Below, in pieces: positions 25,681 through 56,599 of a stretch of DNA of 64,000 nt (position 1 is its first letter; the number at the start of each line of letters is the position of its first letter). Under the pieces are notes generated by a model. It made no database searches, was not told the origin of the DNA, and saw only the letters and a program-made list of their open reading frames with translations. Made by a program: the position numbers and the translations under genes. Source of the DNA: Lama glama (lineage: Eukaryota); contig CM052821.1 in the NCBI GenBank assembly GCA_028534125.1, positions 56,730,001-56,794,000 on the forward strand. The letters run 5' to 3'.

Positions 25681-27521
25681 ACTGTGCTGGGTAGTCTGGA
25701 GTGAGGAGGCAGTTTTGGGAGAAGGGGCCCTGGTCCCTGCATCGCTCCCTTTGTGTTTCCGGTGGGGAGGTGGCAGAGGGAGGGGGCCCAGGCCAGAAGG
25801 AATTTCCCCCTGATACTCAGCTTTTGGCCTCCTTGTCACCCCATTATCTAATCCAGCTGCACCCAGGGGAGTCAGAAACAGACTGTGCCCTCGGGGTCCC
25901 CTGAGAGAGGGGCAGGGAGCCAGGCCCTTGGTGGGGGTGTGTTTCCAGCACTAGTCCAGAGGCAGAGGCTGGAAAGGGTTTTGAAGAATGGCTAGAAATT
26001 TGTGACATGGAGGGATGGGAAGGTGCTCGAGGTACAGAAACTAGAGGTGGGTGTGACTGGACCCTGGCCTGATAGGCACAGGGTGAGGTGTTGGGTGGGA
26101 GCCGCAGCCAAGTTGAGGTGTGGACCGGCGGGCCAGGCTGCAGTGTTTCGGGTGGGTCTGGTGGAGGGTCTGGCTGGGCCCCACCCCACCCCACCCCCAC
26201 AGAGGTTCTCTGCTTGGCAGCTTCTGTGAGGCAGAGGGGAACCCACTGGGCCTGTGAGCAGGCTGTCCAGACAGTCCAGCAGGGCCAGGCATGTGGCCCC
26301 GAGCCCTCAGAGGCCTGTTCCTGTGTCCCTTGGCCCTGGTGTCCGGCCTGTATACCTGCTGCTGGGCCCTGGGAACCCAGAGTTGGACAAAGGATGTCCT
26401 GGAGCTGCAGGGAAGAGCAGAGGCAGGAAGTTTTGGGAAGTGGAGCTGGAGGAGATGAAGCCGGCCTTTCCTCTGGTGGCGAGCAGAGGCCGTTGGGTGG
26501 GGGCTCTGGGCTTGGTCACTCAGGGAGTCGGTAGGCGCTGGTGACCTGCCTAGGGCTTGAGGGCCTGCTGTTGAGGCCCAGGAACCCAGGGGGCAGTCCC
26601 GCTCGGTGTTGGCTGACACCGTGGAGCAGTGGGGTGTGTATCGGGACAGTCTGTGTCCATGGCCCTGGCCTGAGCCCTAATCGGCCCTGTGGGGCTCATC
26701 TCCTTATGCTCACCCTGCCCCACTTGAACGGGAGTCTCAGGCAGTAGCCCCGCACTCGGAGGTGGAGGGCAAGCACCTCTGCAGCGTTTGGGCCCCCACA
26801 TCTCACCCTGGTGACAGCCACTCACGTGTCACTATGGTCCCTGTCCCTCACTTGCCAGCTGGGGGTGCTGTGCCAGTCTTGGGCACCCCTCCCATTCACT
26901 CTCCCATTTTCCATCCATCCTTCAGTCCATCCGTCCACCCACCAGACCACCTGATAACCGCTCACTGAGCTGTTTTGTGCGGGACGGTGGAGCAGTGGGG
27001 GCGCTGCTACCTGATCGGAAGGCTGGGGGCTCTCGGGGCTGGGTGTTCAGGGGGCCGAGTGGGGAGCCACTGCGGGAGATGGCTGGGGAGGGCTTGGGGG
27101 CAGAAGGAAGTGGTGCAGTCAGGTGGTGAGCGGGCGGGCAGGCAGTGGACCCGCTCTGTGCTCTGTCCTTGGCGCCTGCCAACGTCGCACATGGAGTCCC
27201 ACTTGCAAGTTCTGACTCGCATTTTATTGGTTCCACAGACTCCATAGGGTTCCACAGGGTTGTTCGTGCAGGGTCCACCCACAAACCACAGCCTGGAGAA
27301 CAGAGGACCGCCCGCTGCAGTCCAGGCCTTCCTCGGAACTGCCGCTGCTCCGAGGTTCCGCCAGGCCTGCTCAAGGCTCCCTGGGCCTGAGAGCCTGTGT
27401 AGGGACGTCTGTGAAGGTGAGGCAGGTGTCGGCTGCTCTACGGTCACAGAGGTGACCCCTGATGGTTTGATGGATACAGAGGCTGTGGCCACAGGTGACA
27501 GAGCCTCTCCTGCCTGGGGGA

Positions 27522-28021
27522 NNNNNNNNNNNNNNNNNNNNNNNNNNNNNNNNNNNNNNNNNNNNNNNNNNNNNNNNNNNNNNNNNNNNNNNNNNNNNNN
27601 NNNNNNNNNNNNNNNNNNNNNNNNNNNNNNNNNNNNNNNNNNNNNNNNNNNNNNNNNNNNNNNNNNNNNNNNNNNNNNNNNNNNNNNNNNNNNNNNNNNN
27701 NNNNNNNNNNNNNNNNNNNNNNNNNNNNNNNNNNNNNNNNNNNNNNNNNNNNNNNNNNNNNNNNNNNNNNNNNNNNNNNNNNNNNNNNNNNNNNNNNNNN
27801 NNNNNNNNNNNNNNNNNNNNNNNNNNNNNNNNNNNNNNNNNNNNNNNNNNNNNNNNNNNNNNNNNNNNNNNNNNNNNNNNNNNNNNNNNNNNNNNNNNNN
27901 NNNNNNNNNNNNNNNNNNNNNNNNNNNNNNNNNNNNNNNNNNNNNNNNNNNNNNNNNNNNNNNNNNNNNNNNNNNNNNNNNNNNNNNNNNNNNNNNNNNN
28001 NNNNNNNNNNNNNNNNNNNNN
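27522..28021. other. Assembly gap (500 N)
   Basis: N run. Confidence 1.
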
Positions 28022-28499
28022 CGTGGGCCTGGAAGTCCAGGCAGCAGGGCGTTTTCTGGGGTGATGGAACCGTTCTGGATCCTGTTCCAGGAATGACTAT
28101 CGGAACATGCTAAAACTCACTGTGCACCAAAATAAAAAGGTTCATTTTACAATCAGATAATCAGAAAAACTAGGTGAACAAAATATTTTTAAAATGCATG
28201 TTTCCAGCAATTTTTCCGTGTGCCGGTTCTTTCCCCTTGGAGCAAGCTCTCCCACCGGGCGCAGGGGCAAGGCGGCGCTCCCTCGGGGCCTCCAGGGCCC
28301 ACAGCCTGGAGCAGGTGCTCAGGAGCTAGGCGGAATGTCGTCGGGTCCCTCCTGGAGGATGTTGCCAGAGGCAAAAAAGACATCTGCACTGGGGGCCCAA
28401 GACGAGGGAGGTGTCCTCAAGGATGTTCTCGTCCACACAAGCCAAAGCAGGGCAGGGACCTGGGGGTGGAGGGAAGCGGGCCCTGACATCCCCTCCCTG

Positions 28500-29800
28500 G
28501 CCGCTAGGCCGCTAGGCCCCTCCCTAACAGCCCGCCCGGACCCGACTTGCTCGGCCTTACGGGGCGGCCCCTTCCCACAGCAGATGAGCCCTCTCCCCTC
28601 GCCCTCCAGGGCCTGTAAGCCAAGCCCCAGCCTCGTCCCCCGGGACAACCTCCCTCCTCCAACGGGCCCGCCCCGGCAGCTGCGCCCCGGCTGCCGACCC
28701 CCAGGGGAAGCCGCGACCCTGCCCACTGGCCGCGGGGACCCGGCAGAAGCCAGATCTCGAAGTGTGCGTGGGGCGGCGGGGGCCAGTGGAGAGACACAGG
28801 CGGGCGCCCCAGTCCCGCCCCTCCGGCTCCTAGCCTAGCCGCCCACCCGGCTGAGGCCCAGAAGCTCCAGGGCGCAGGTGCTGGTCGGGGCTACCGGGGA
28901 AACTCGCCCAGGGCGCCAAGGGACGGTGGCTCCACTGGCGAGGTGGGCGTCCCTCCGCCCCCTGAGCTCTCGGCTGGCTTACCCACAGCATTTCTCTCCC
29001 AAACGGCTGGGACACACGCCCTCCCCAGTAGTCACTACTGGGTCCACGGCCGGCCAGAGGTGCCCCGAAACATCCCCCCGCCACCCCCCCCCGCAGTCAT
29101 CTGGTCCCTGGTGTGTCCACATCCTACGTCCCCTCCGTCCACGTCCACGTGACCATTGCTCTCCCCTCACAGCCCATTTCCCACCTTCCGCACCGCGTGC
29201 GGTGCGCCCCGCCCCCCCCGCACCCCCCCCCCAGCCCAGCCCTGGGCCCACTCCCCAGCCTGGCTCGCGTCCGCCCCACAGGCCACTGCGTCCGCCCTAA
29301 TGCTGTTCTCTGGGGTGCCCAGCGAAACGCAGAAAACCATACATTTAAACATGCACAAGAGGAGTCGTAGGAAAAAAGACCCAATCGTCTCTTAAATAAG
29401 CAGCCATTTAAAACCAGCGTTAAAATGATAGGATCCTATTGGAAGCTGTTCTCAGGAAGATTCTGCAGGAACCGAGGCGTCCTGGCTGGAAGAGGGCGAA
29501 TACGGGACTGGTTCCAGTCAGTCGCCAGGGGCTGGAGGGATGGGAGAGCACCGCTTCCCGGAGAGATGCGGACGCCACCGACGCCGGCGCTGCGGTCCGG
29601 GGGCCCTGCTGCCAGGCGCCTCTCCCTGCCCTGCCGAGCTGCCTCCCCTTCCTCTGGTGACCGGGCTGGACACCCGAACTTGGGCCTCCGCACGGCCTCC
29701 CAGGACCAAGCCCCTCCGCCGGTCTCACTGCAGAACCCGGCTCGCAGCTGCAGCGCCGCAGTTACCATTTCCCCAAACAAGAAGACCCCACACCGCCAGC
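28500..29800. promoter_or_regulatory. CpG-rich island between the convergent PIM3 and IL17REL 3' ends
   Basis: High CpG density, GC boxes and C-run tracts; no coding homology recognised. Confidence 0.5.
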
Positions 29801-30109
29801 CCTCTGATCCCAGCCACTCTGGGTATCACTCTTTCCTTTGTTCCCTCCCGCCCTCCCTCTGAGACCCCTCCCCAGCCTAGTGTCTCCCCCAGAGCTCATC
29901 TTGCCTAGGCGGAGCCCCACGCCCAGCTGCTGGTGCTAGGAGCCCACAGCACCTTGACAGTCGCTCTTCCCTGCGGGAAACTCCCGACCCCTCCCCCGGC
30001 TCTGCCCGCCTCCCCTCCCCTCGTCCTGCCCCAGCCGCTCCATGGCCCACTGTGCCCACACTGGGGGCTCTGCGGCCACAGCCCTGCTGGCCTCTCCACA
30101 GAAACCCGC

Positions 30110-30960
30110 AAGACTTTGAGCAGATTTCGCATTAGAAGCCTTGGAGGAGAGAAGGCAATGGGGTGACAAATTTAAAGTCCTGAAGAAAAAGAAAAACCTG
30201 TCAACCAAGAATTCTATATCTGGAAATGAAGGAGAAGGTGAGATCTTTCCAGACAAATAAAAGCTCAGGGAGTTCATTAGCAGTAGGCACCCCCCCCCCC
30301 AAAAAAAACCCTCAGGAGAGTGCTTCAGGCTGAGGTGAAGCTTCGAGAAAGTGCAGAGCACTGGTGAGGGGTGCTGCACAGGGGAATTTAAAAGCTCGTA
30401 TTAGTGTGCTTTGGGATTGTAACTCCTCAGTTTATAAAATGTGATTTAAAAGGCAGATGCATGAAACAATAATTATAAATCTATGCTAATGGACACACAG
30501 CAGATGAAGATGAATCTGTAACGGGGGGGAGAATTACAGGAGCAAAGTCTATACAATTGAAACTAAGCTGGTATTATTTGCACTAGATTTTTATAAGTTT
30601 AAGATTTTAATTGTAACTCCCAAGGAAACTATTAGTACTGAAAAAGACTACAGAAAAGGGAAGAAGGACATCAAAATAGTACACTACAAAAATCAGCTAA
30701 ATACCCCGAAAGGCAGTAAAGGAGGAATTGAGGAACAGCTATGGTAGAAGTAAATTCTTTCTTTTCAGTAATCACTTTAAATGTAAATGGATTAAACTCT
30801 CCAATGAAAAGGCAGAGCCTGGCAAAGATGATCCCTGCAAGGGACTCACTTTACAAAGACAAAGAGGTTGAAGATGGAAGGATGGAATGAGACATTCCCT
30901 GCAAGCAGGACTCAGAGGGCTGGGGTGGCTGTGCCGTCATCACACAGAGTAGACTGTACG
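30110..30960 (+). mobile_element. Old L1M remnant (end of ORF1 to start of ORF2)
   Basis: A-rich; ctgtcaaccaagaattctatatc, cagtaatcactttaaatgtaaatggattaaactctccaat. Confidence 0.75.
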
Positions 30961-31699
30961 TCACGCGCCCTTCAGGACAGTTACGGTTTCTCTCGACACC
31001 ATGCGTGGAATGGGCTGTACCTGCCTGGCCCACGTGAAAGGGTGAGGGTTCTGACTTTTCCACCTCTGAAGGCTCATCCAGTCACGAAACGGTTTCATCC
31101 CGCTCCTCCTTTGTTTTGTTTGTCCCCCGGTGTCTGCTACCGCCTGCATCCTTCCTGTCTTGCTCCAGACCCGCCCTGCCACTCTGCCCCAAAACCGTCT
31201 CCTTCCCCTCATCCTGCTCCGACTTTTCTTTCTGAATAGCCATTGTTGTGTTCTAGATATTTTACTCTTGGGTTTATGCATCTGTCCTCTGCCTTGGTCA
31301 GGGACCTGGGTCTGCTCTACTCAGGGAGGGCGTGGGTCACAGAAGGCACTACGCAAGCATTAATGAGTGAATCACTGGTGGCTCAGATCTACCTCCTCCA
31401 AACGCCAACTCCCGCTGCCGCATCCCCATCTCAGCCCACGGAGCCCCGCCCTCCAGGCGCTGTTTCACTCCTTCGCATGGTACCCAAGCCAGGATGCCCC
31501 GTGGCCCCACCTGCCTGCCACACCCCTCCGCTGCCCATCCTGTAAGAGCCAGGCTGCCGGGAACACGCTGCTCTGAGTGGCAGCCCTCCTGTACTTCCTG
31601 TGTGCTTCCCATCCCCTTCTCCCCCTCAGGCACCGGGCACCCCATGTAAGGTACGTGTGCAGCTGCTTGTGGTCTGTCTCCCCCACGCGAAGCTCAGCG

Positions 31700-31885
31700 C
31701 CAGGGGAGGTGACCGACGGCCCCATTTCCTGGGCTTTAGACCTGAGAAGCCCCTCAGCCCAGGACAGACCTGGCCGTGGCCCCGGCTCTGGGGGCAGTGC
31801 TGTTGGTTCCTAGTGCTGGGACAGGGTGGCACCCAGTGGATGCTCAGAACCTGCTCAAGGAATGAGAACGAGTGAAAGAATGAGG
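31700..31885 (+). mobile_element. L2 3' end remnant
   Basis: cctagtgctgggacagggtggcacccagtggatgctcagaacctgctcaaggaatgagaacgagtgaaagaatga. Confidence 0.5.
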
Positions 31886-33431
31886 AACACGGACATCCAA
31901 AGGCTCACCCCAGGTCAGTTGTGAGCCCTGGCTGGGACCTTGGTCCCCCACCTCACCCTGTGCCTCGATGGGGAGAAGGCACCAGAGGCAGACAGGGGTC
32001 TCCAGAGGACCATAAGGAGTACTTGTGGGGAACCCAAATCCACAGCTTGCCAGCCTGCGAGGAGGGGAACTAGGGGCTGGAGGAGTGGGGCAGTCCTGTC
32101 AATCATCGGGTAGGCGGGCCTTTGGGTTGAGTGGCACTGGGTGGCCCTGGCCTGCCGATGGCAGCCCGTAGGCATGTTGGTATCCCCAGCCTTGGAATGT
32201 CCTCCAATACAGCCAGGGGGTTGCATGTGGCAGGGGTTGGGGGGCAGCTCCTTCTGTGTCTGTGGTTCCACCCCCCTCAAGCCCCGGCTGCAGTCATGAC
32301 CACTACACCATTTTAGGAGGTATACCGGGCCCCATGGTCCTCCCACCCCCACCCTAGGGGGCCACCTTGCCCTGCAGACCCCATTTCTGTCTTCAAGGGA
32401 AGAGGCAAGCCAGGCGGACAGGTGTTTACTGAGCAAGGGGACATGCTGGCTTTGCCCACCCCCTGGTCAGCTGGGGGCAGCAGCCCCACTAATGGAGGGA
32501 CGAGAAGGCTCAGAGGCCCATAGCGGCTGAAGGAGGGACAGCCAAGCCAGGGCCCAGAGGTAGGAGTGCACCTGCCGCTGACTGGCCTGGGGTGCCTGTC
32601 CCTGTGTGCACCGCAGTCAGGTGGCGGGGACTCCAAACGGCAGCGTGAGAAGGGCACCTCGGTGGTCCTTGTGAGCCGGCGGGAGAGTCCCACAAGGGCA
32701 GAGTAAGCCAGCCAACTGCTGAGTGACCCCTGTCCCAGGGCACAGAAGTCATGCTGCAGGACCAGGGGTCCCTCTGTGGTCTCTGAGCACAGACAGCACA
32801 CAGTGGCCCTCCGTGAGTGCAACACATCTGGGAATGGCGCGTCCTGGCAGGTGGTTCCTGCCTAGGGCCACTGGAGGCAACCAGCCCTCACTGGACTGGC
32901 CTGGTGAGGGGCCTGGGGAGTGGAGATGGTCTGGCCTCCAGGAGGGCTGGTGCAGGGTGGGTGCTCTGGCCAGGAAGTGGAGATGATCCTGGGCCCATGG
33001 GATCGGGTCAACTACACAAAGGGTGGGGGGGTCACACCCTGCACTCCAGAGCCCTTGTCCTCAGGGCCAGGGATGCTGGCCGTGACCACTGGTTGTCCAG
33101 AGGGAGCCTAGACCACACCGAGACAGGGCAGGCCAGGGGCTGGGTCGTCTGGGGAGGGGGGCACCCCACCCAGCCATTCTCTTGTCACCCACTCAGGGGA
33201 TTCAGGAGGACTGGAGGTCCTTCATCTGACCAAGGGCCCCTGTGGAGCCGCAGGCCTCTGGAGAGCTGACAGGTACATGCACCCCACGGTCTGGGGCCAG
33301 GTGAGACCACCCCTACACCCTGAGGCCCAGCTTCACTGTCTGAGGCTTGGGGTGTCCAGACGTGAGTTGACCCCCCCACACCGCAGCAATCGGGCCCTGG
33401 CGCTTGCTTCCTCTTGATGAGACACATGGCC

Positions 33432-51226
<17,795 letters not shown>

Positions 51227-52823
51227 CTAGGCTGACAAAAGACACATCCTGGAACCTTGAGCCTCCGGGGCCTCGGGTCCCCAGGCCATCCTGCCACCCT
51301 GTTGCAGGAGCCAGAGCCTTTCCTCCTGGCCAGCGCCTCATCCCTGCTTCCCCCAGGTCCAGAACACATGTGGGCTGGGACTTGGGGGTCACTGCTGGGC
51401 TCTGGGCACCCAGCCTATGTGCTGGTGAGGCAGAGCGGATGGGGATGGAGCCCCAGTCCTGGCAGCTTCACCTGTGATCACAGCAACCCCTGTGACCTGG
51501 TGCAGGCAGCAGCAGGCGGGCGTGTTTGGGGGCCCAGGAAGTCCAGCCGCGAGTCTTCTTGCTGTCCCTGGCCTGGCCCTGCTCTGAGTCAGGTCACCAG
51601 AGCACCCTCTGCCTCCAGGTCAGCGAGATGCGTGAGTCAGAAGAGAACGTGCTGGTGCTGCGTGTCCAGACGCTGCCCCAGGCCAGGCCGGGAGGATGCA
51701 GGCCTCGGTCATTAGGCCTGAGGCCCAGAGCGAGCGCCACAATCTGCTTTACTAGAACAGGGAGACGGGGGACAGCTAGGGACCACCGCACCAAATGAGT
51801 CCATGGCACTGTGTCTGCCTGGAGCGAGGAGGCCCCACATGGCCTGAGAGACACCGCAGTGCACCCGTCCCCATGGCCGTCTCAGCACAGGCCCACACCA
51901 GGTGACACAGCTGGCGCTCTGTACCCATACCATCTCAGTGCCGAGGGGCCACATGCAGGTGATCAGAAGCGGAGGGCAAACCAGCCACGTGACTTCACGG
52001 GGGAGCCAGGCCCATGGGGGTAGGAGCATTGTGGGGACCGGCCCTCTCCCCTGGGCTCCTGTCTTATATCTGAGGACTGGGGGCTACGGACCCTCCCAAT
52101 GTCCACAAAGAACTGGCCCTCTCCACCCCTTGCAGGTTCCCTGTCCCTTGCAGACTGTGGTGACTGGGACACCCCAACCTGAAACCAAAGAGGCCGCAGG
52201 GCCACCCCCCCACCTCCAGTCTCCACAGCCTGCAGGGCCCGCTGAAGCCGGAGGGCCCAAAGCCCCCCTGCAGCAGGGCCTGAGGGATCTGACCCGTGCA
52301 GACACCCCCTTTGCCCCTTTGCTCAGTGCCAGGTTGGAAGGAGGTGCTTAGGTGCAAAGAACCTGGACCAGCACAGCCAGACTTTTGTTGAATAAATGAG
52401 CAAACAAGTGACCACTGGGGCGCAGGGGGGTGCCCTCCAGCAAGGAGGGGCTGCAGAGGGGGGTTCTTGGGGAGGAGGCCGCACACGGGAAGCTGTCATT
52501 CCCACCTGCCCACGCAGGTGTCCTCCTCCTCCAGCGCAGGGTGTGGGGGTGCCGGTTGTGGGGTGAGGGGAGCCGTTCGGGACCTGGGTGGGTGTACGGA
52601 TGTGGCCCATGGGTAGCGAGGGGCCCAGGATGCGGGCATGGGGCGCAGGCAGCGGGAGGGCGTTGGGGCAGAGCTCCGTAAGAAATACCATAGTGAAGAT
52701 TGCACAATTTCGCTAAAATAACTGTATACAAGGTTCCTCATCCATGTGTAGGCTTTCAAAATACAAGCCACGCTCTGGAGACCGCGGGGCCTGGGCGCGA
52801 AGGTCTGGTCCTGGTCATCGGCG

Positions 52824-52987
52824 TCATGGGGTCCACAGGCCGCCGCCCCGCCCGCCGCCCAGGGGCACGAAGCAGGCGCCCTGCTGGATCGCGGCGCGGA
52901 AGGAGCTGCAGCGCTTGCAGGCACCGGCGGGCGGCAGCAAGCAGCGGCACACTAGGCACGGCGGCGCTCGGAGGGCCCCTGGTAGCC
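52824..52987 (-). CDS. TTLL8: Probable terminal coding exon of tubulin monoglycylase TTLL8; upstream exons lie beyond a large intron, probably outside the window
   Basis: acceptor after a long CT tract (...ccctcaccgcgaccctcccag|GG); LPGALRAPPCLVCRCLLPPAGACKRCSSFRAAIQQGACFVPLGGGRGGGLWTP*. This resembles the TTLL8 C-terminus as I recall it (PCLVCRGILPPAGPCKRCRSF...QGASFVRLGG...RTP). Synteny matches human (TTLL8 immediately upstream of IL17REL, same strand). Confidence 0.72.
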
Positions 52988-53086
52988 CTGGGAGGGTCGC
53001 GGTGAGGGAGGGAGAGAGAGGGAGAGAGAGAGAGACAGCGCGCGGCGCTAAGACGGCGCCCACCTGCGGTGAAACCGCGTCCACCT

Positions 53087-53212
53087 CCCCAGGCCGCGCC
53101 TCCAGCCCAGACCACGCCCACCTGCCCAGGCCCCTCTCCCAGCCCCAGGCCGCGCCTCCTGCCCAGACCACGCCCACCTGCCCAGGCCCCTCTCCCAGCC
53201 CCAGGCCGCGCC
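53087..53212. repeat. 56-bp tandem repeat (~2.25 copies)
   Basis: ccccaggccgcgcctcc(a/t)gcccagaccacgcccacctgcccaggcccctctcccag starting at 53087, 53143, 53199. Confidence 0.9.
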
Positions 53213-56200
53213 CACCGAACCCACACACAGGTCCCCAGACAAGGTCCATCGGTCCATGAAATCACGTCCACCACCCCAGACCAGGCCCACAGGTCCCACA
53301 AACCACGCCTGTTGCCCCAAGACCTCGTCTCTGGCCACATTCACCAGACCCTGAGATTGTGCTCCTATGGCGTGCTCACCTCAGGCTCGCCCACCTCAAG
53401 GCTGCCCTCACCTCCTGCAAAACCAGCGGCTAGCTGGGCGGTCAGTCCCCGCTGGCTCCCAAGCCCACTTAATCCCGCACAGACCCCACCTGGCTGTCCC
53501 CAGTTCTCAGGAAAGCCCAGACCTTCACTCAAGGCCAAGGGGTGAGGCCCTGGGGCCATTGCGTCTCTGGGGTGAAGGCTGCAGGCATCAGGGAGGTACC
53601 CTCAGCCCTGCTCATTTTCCTCCATCCCCAGACCGGGGTGGTTCCAGGCAGGGGAGTAAGTCTGGGGCACTGGCCCGGGCCCTCCCACTGTGGGGAGGCA
53701 GGCAGAGGGGTTGCTAGAGGAAATGTGCAAAGTCACGATCTCTGGAGCCCACAGCCCCACAACTATCCCCGAGTCAACCCCTGAAGCCAGCCTGGGTGTC
53801 CAGCCTCAGGAGCAGGACCCAGGAGCAGGGCCCAGCAGCACCCACCTAGCACCCCTGGACTGCCCCTCAGGCCCTGCTTAGGAGGCTGGGCAAAGGATGC
53901 CTGCAGCCCCACAGAGGGCCATGTGGGCACAGGAGGGACTTTGGGGACCCAGGTCCTCCGGTCCCCATCCCACGGGTGCCTGAATAGGGGACAATTTCTC
54001 CAGCTCTTCCTCTAGCCCTTAACCTGCCCTGCCCTCCTTGAGACAGCCATGCCTGGAAGGGCCCAGCTCCTGAGCTCAGCCCTGGAGCTCGGGCCTGGAC
54101 CCCAACAGGCTGGGGCTGGGGCCAGAGCTGAGGACTGGGCAGCAGCACCATGCCCACTGCCAGTGCACTGACCCAGCGGCCAGAGCCCCAGGCAGGTCAG
54201 TGGCTGAAGTGAGACCGGAGTATCAGAGCTGGGGGTTCACCAAGAATGATGGATGAGCCCCCATACCCAGTGTGAAGCTGTTCTGCCCACCGGCCACCTG
54301 ACACCTGGGGGAGCCATCCACCTTACGGGCAGGCTGGGCTCTGGGCTGGCCACTCAGGATGCCAGCCCGCGGGTCCAGGAGGTGGTGACCTCGTTGGGCG
54401 AGGGTCTTGTGGCTGATGGTCCCAGCAGTGGTTGTGACAGGCAGGAGCGCTATGCAGAAGCTGCTGCTTCCCGAGGATTTTCACTCAGTCCCTCAACACC
54501 GCAGGATGAGTAAGGCCAGCAGGCGGGGGGATCACATGCCCCTCCAAGAGGCCTCCCACAGGCCTCTGTCCTCATCCTCAGGGCCTCTAGCCTCTGCCCT
54601 TGCTCTGCAGTGCCTCCCCACCAGGTCTCTGGCCTTCCTCAGGGGTTGCAGTGGGCCTGTGCAAGCTCCCTGCCCACCCCTGCCATGCTGGGGCCCATGA
54701 GTCAGGCCTCAGAAGGCTGGCTGCCCGCCTGCTGCAGCTTGTGCTGGGGGCGGGCTGGGAGGATGGGGTCTCTCAGGCTTTCCCCACCTTGGAGCCAGGG
54801 CGGCGCCCAGCCAGAAGCGGCCTGCCCAGAGTGCCATGGGCTGAGACACGAGGCCTCAGAGCCGCCCACTGCCAGTGACCCATGCTGAGTCACTCCTCCC
54901 CGGGGCCCAGGCGGGTCTGGCGGGGTGGGCTGGAGCAGGGCCACCCAGCCCCTGTGCAGAGCAGCCCCAGAGCTCCCTGAGCCTCCAGCAGATGCTGAGG
55001 CACAGCCCAGGAATGGGGCCTTCCCAAGGGGCTGGGGCCAGCCTATCCCACAGGACATGCCAGGGCCTGCGCGACACCGAGGCTGTAGCAGGCAGGTGGT
55101 CCGGGCACAGGGCGGGGCGACAGAGGCTTTGAGGCGGGCAGGCAGAGAGGCGGGGGGCTGCTCTACTGGCAAAGCTTTGCCCATCAGTGCACCCCAGGGC
55201 TAAACAGGGCCCAGCCTAGGGCCAGAATGGATGGAGACTGGGCCAGCTCCAAGCCGAGGAGGACAGGGCCAGGCTCTGGTGGTGAGGGGCAGCTGACTGT
55301 GATGAAGGAAGCCGTCCCATTTAGGGCTGGGGCCGAGGGGCTGAGAAGCCAGACAGCCGGGTGTTGTGCACCCTGGGGTAAAAGAGAAGGTGGGGGGCGC
55401 TTAAGGCTCATGGGGAGTGCAGCTCCAAAGTGGACGGGGTATCCACTCAGGGACTGGTACTCTGGGATCCAGACCAACCCTTCTGGGAAAAAACACCAAA
55501 CCTGGAGCACAAAACATGAAAAGAATCTTAAAAGCAACAAAAAAACTGGCAAAGTAGCAAGGAATGATCAGGTGGGTCTGGGGCTCAGAGAGGGAGGAAG
55601 CCCCTCCTTCTGGGGCTTTGCCCACCAGGCCCCCACTGGGCTCGAGGTTCCAAGGCTTTGGGGGTGTGGGGCACAGAAGACACCCCCAAGAGGGGTGAGA
55701 GACACTCCACCCCTCAATAGAGCAGCACCCCTGAAGAGTGACAACCTGGCACAAGGGTGAGCCCAAAATACAGCCCCCCCCGGGACCGCCAGGAGTGTCT
55801 GTAGTGCTTAGCAACACGGGAGGAAACCCCAGAGAAACTGGAGCCCCAGGCTGACCCTGGAACAGACCTGGGTGACAAACCCTTACCCCTGGGCTCGGGT
55901 GGGGCAGGGAGGGCATGGAGCACCCAGCTCTGAATGTGAGAGGTTGCGGGCAGCCTTCCCCGGGAGAGGAGGGCCTGGCGGGGCAAAAGCCAGTTGGGGA
56001 AAGACTCACCTACATTCTGGAAGGAAGGCAATAAGTCCCTGTGATTAATTTTTCAAAGAAAATAGCTGTTTATAATAAAGTGTGAGAGTGCCCACAGAAA
56101 CAGTAGCACAAACGCGACCAAAGGCGTCAACTATTAGAGTCTCAGACACAGTACAAACCGACTCCACGGCATCATGCAACTTAGAAATTACAGGCAAAGG

Positions 56201-56599
56201 GAAGACACTGTCAAGAGTAACCAAGTTTCCTAAAAAGGAGAGCTTCTAAAAATGAAGCTCTAATAAGTAAATTTAAAATTTCAATGGATGGGATTGAGCA
56301 CTGGGCTAGACACCGACAGGAACAGGACGAGCTGGTCCCCACCGGACAGAGAAGGCGGCACGTGTAGACTGCAGCGCAGGGAGCCAACACATCAGAGAGT
56401 GGACGGAGGTAAGAGGTAGGGCTAGAGAAGGTTTCAGCCAGCATCCCACCTGAGCTCCCCAGGGAAGGAGACAGAGAGTGGGGCGGAGGCAATATTTAAA
56501 GAAGTAACAGCTGGAAGTTTCTCATAATTGATTAATGATGTGAGTGTACAGGTTAGAGATGTCCAAAGACTCCCAGTTGAATAGATAAAAATAAAACCA

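Noticed and set aside
27223-27228. Nearest minus-strand AATAAA seen downstream of IL17REL
   Set aside because: About 6 kb from the stop and beyond a gap. Cannot be assigned, so the IL17REL poly(A) site is left uncalled.
33222-33265. Alternative IL17REL terminal exon (ALQRPAAPQGPLVR*)
   Set aside because: Phase-compatible, but its polypyrimidine tract is much weaker than the acceptor at 33458. Not excluded without RNA data.
53087-53212. Short direct repeats (also 9827-9891) as CRISPR-like arrays
   Set aside because: Head-to-tail tandem duplications without unique spacers, in a mammalian genome.
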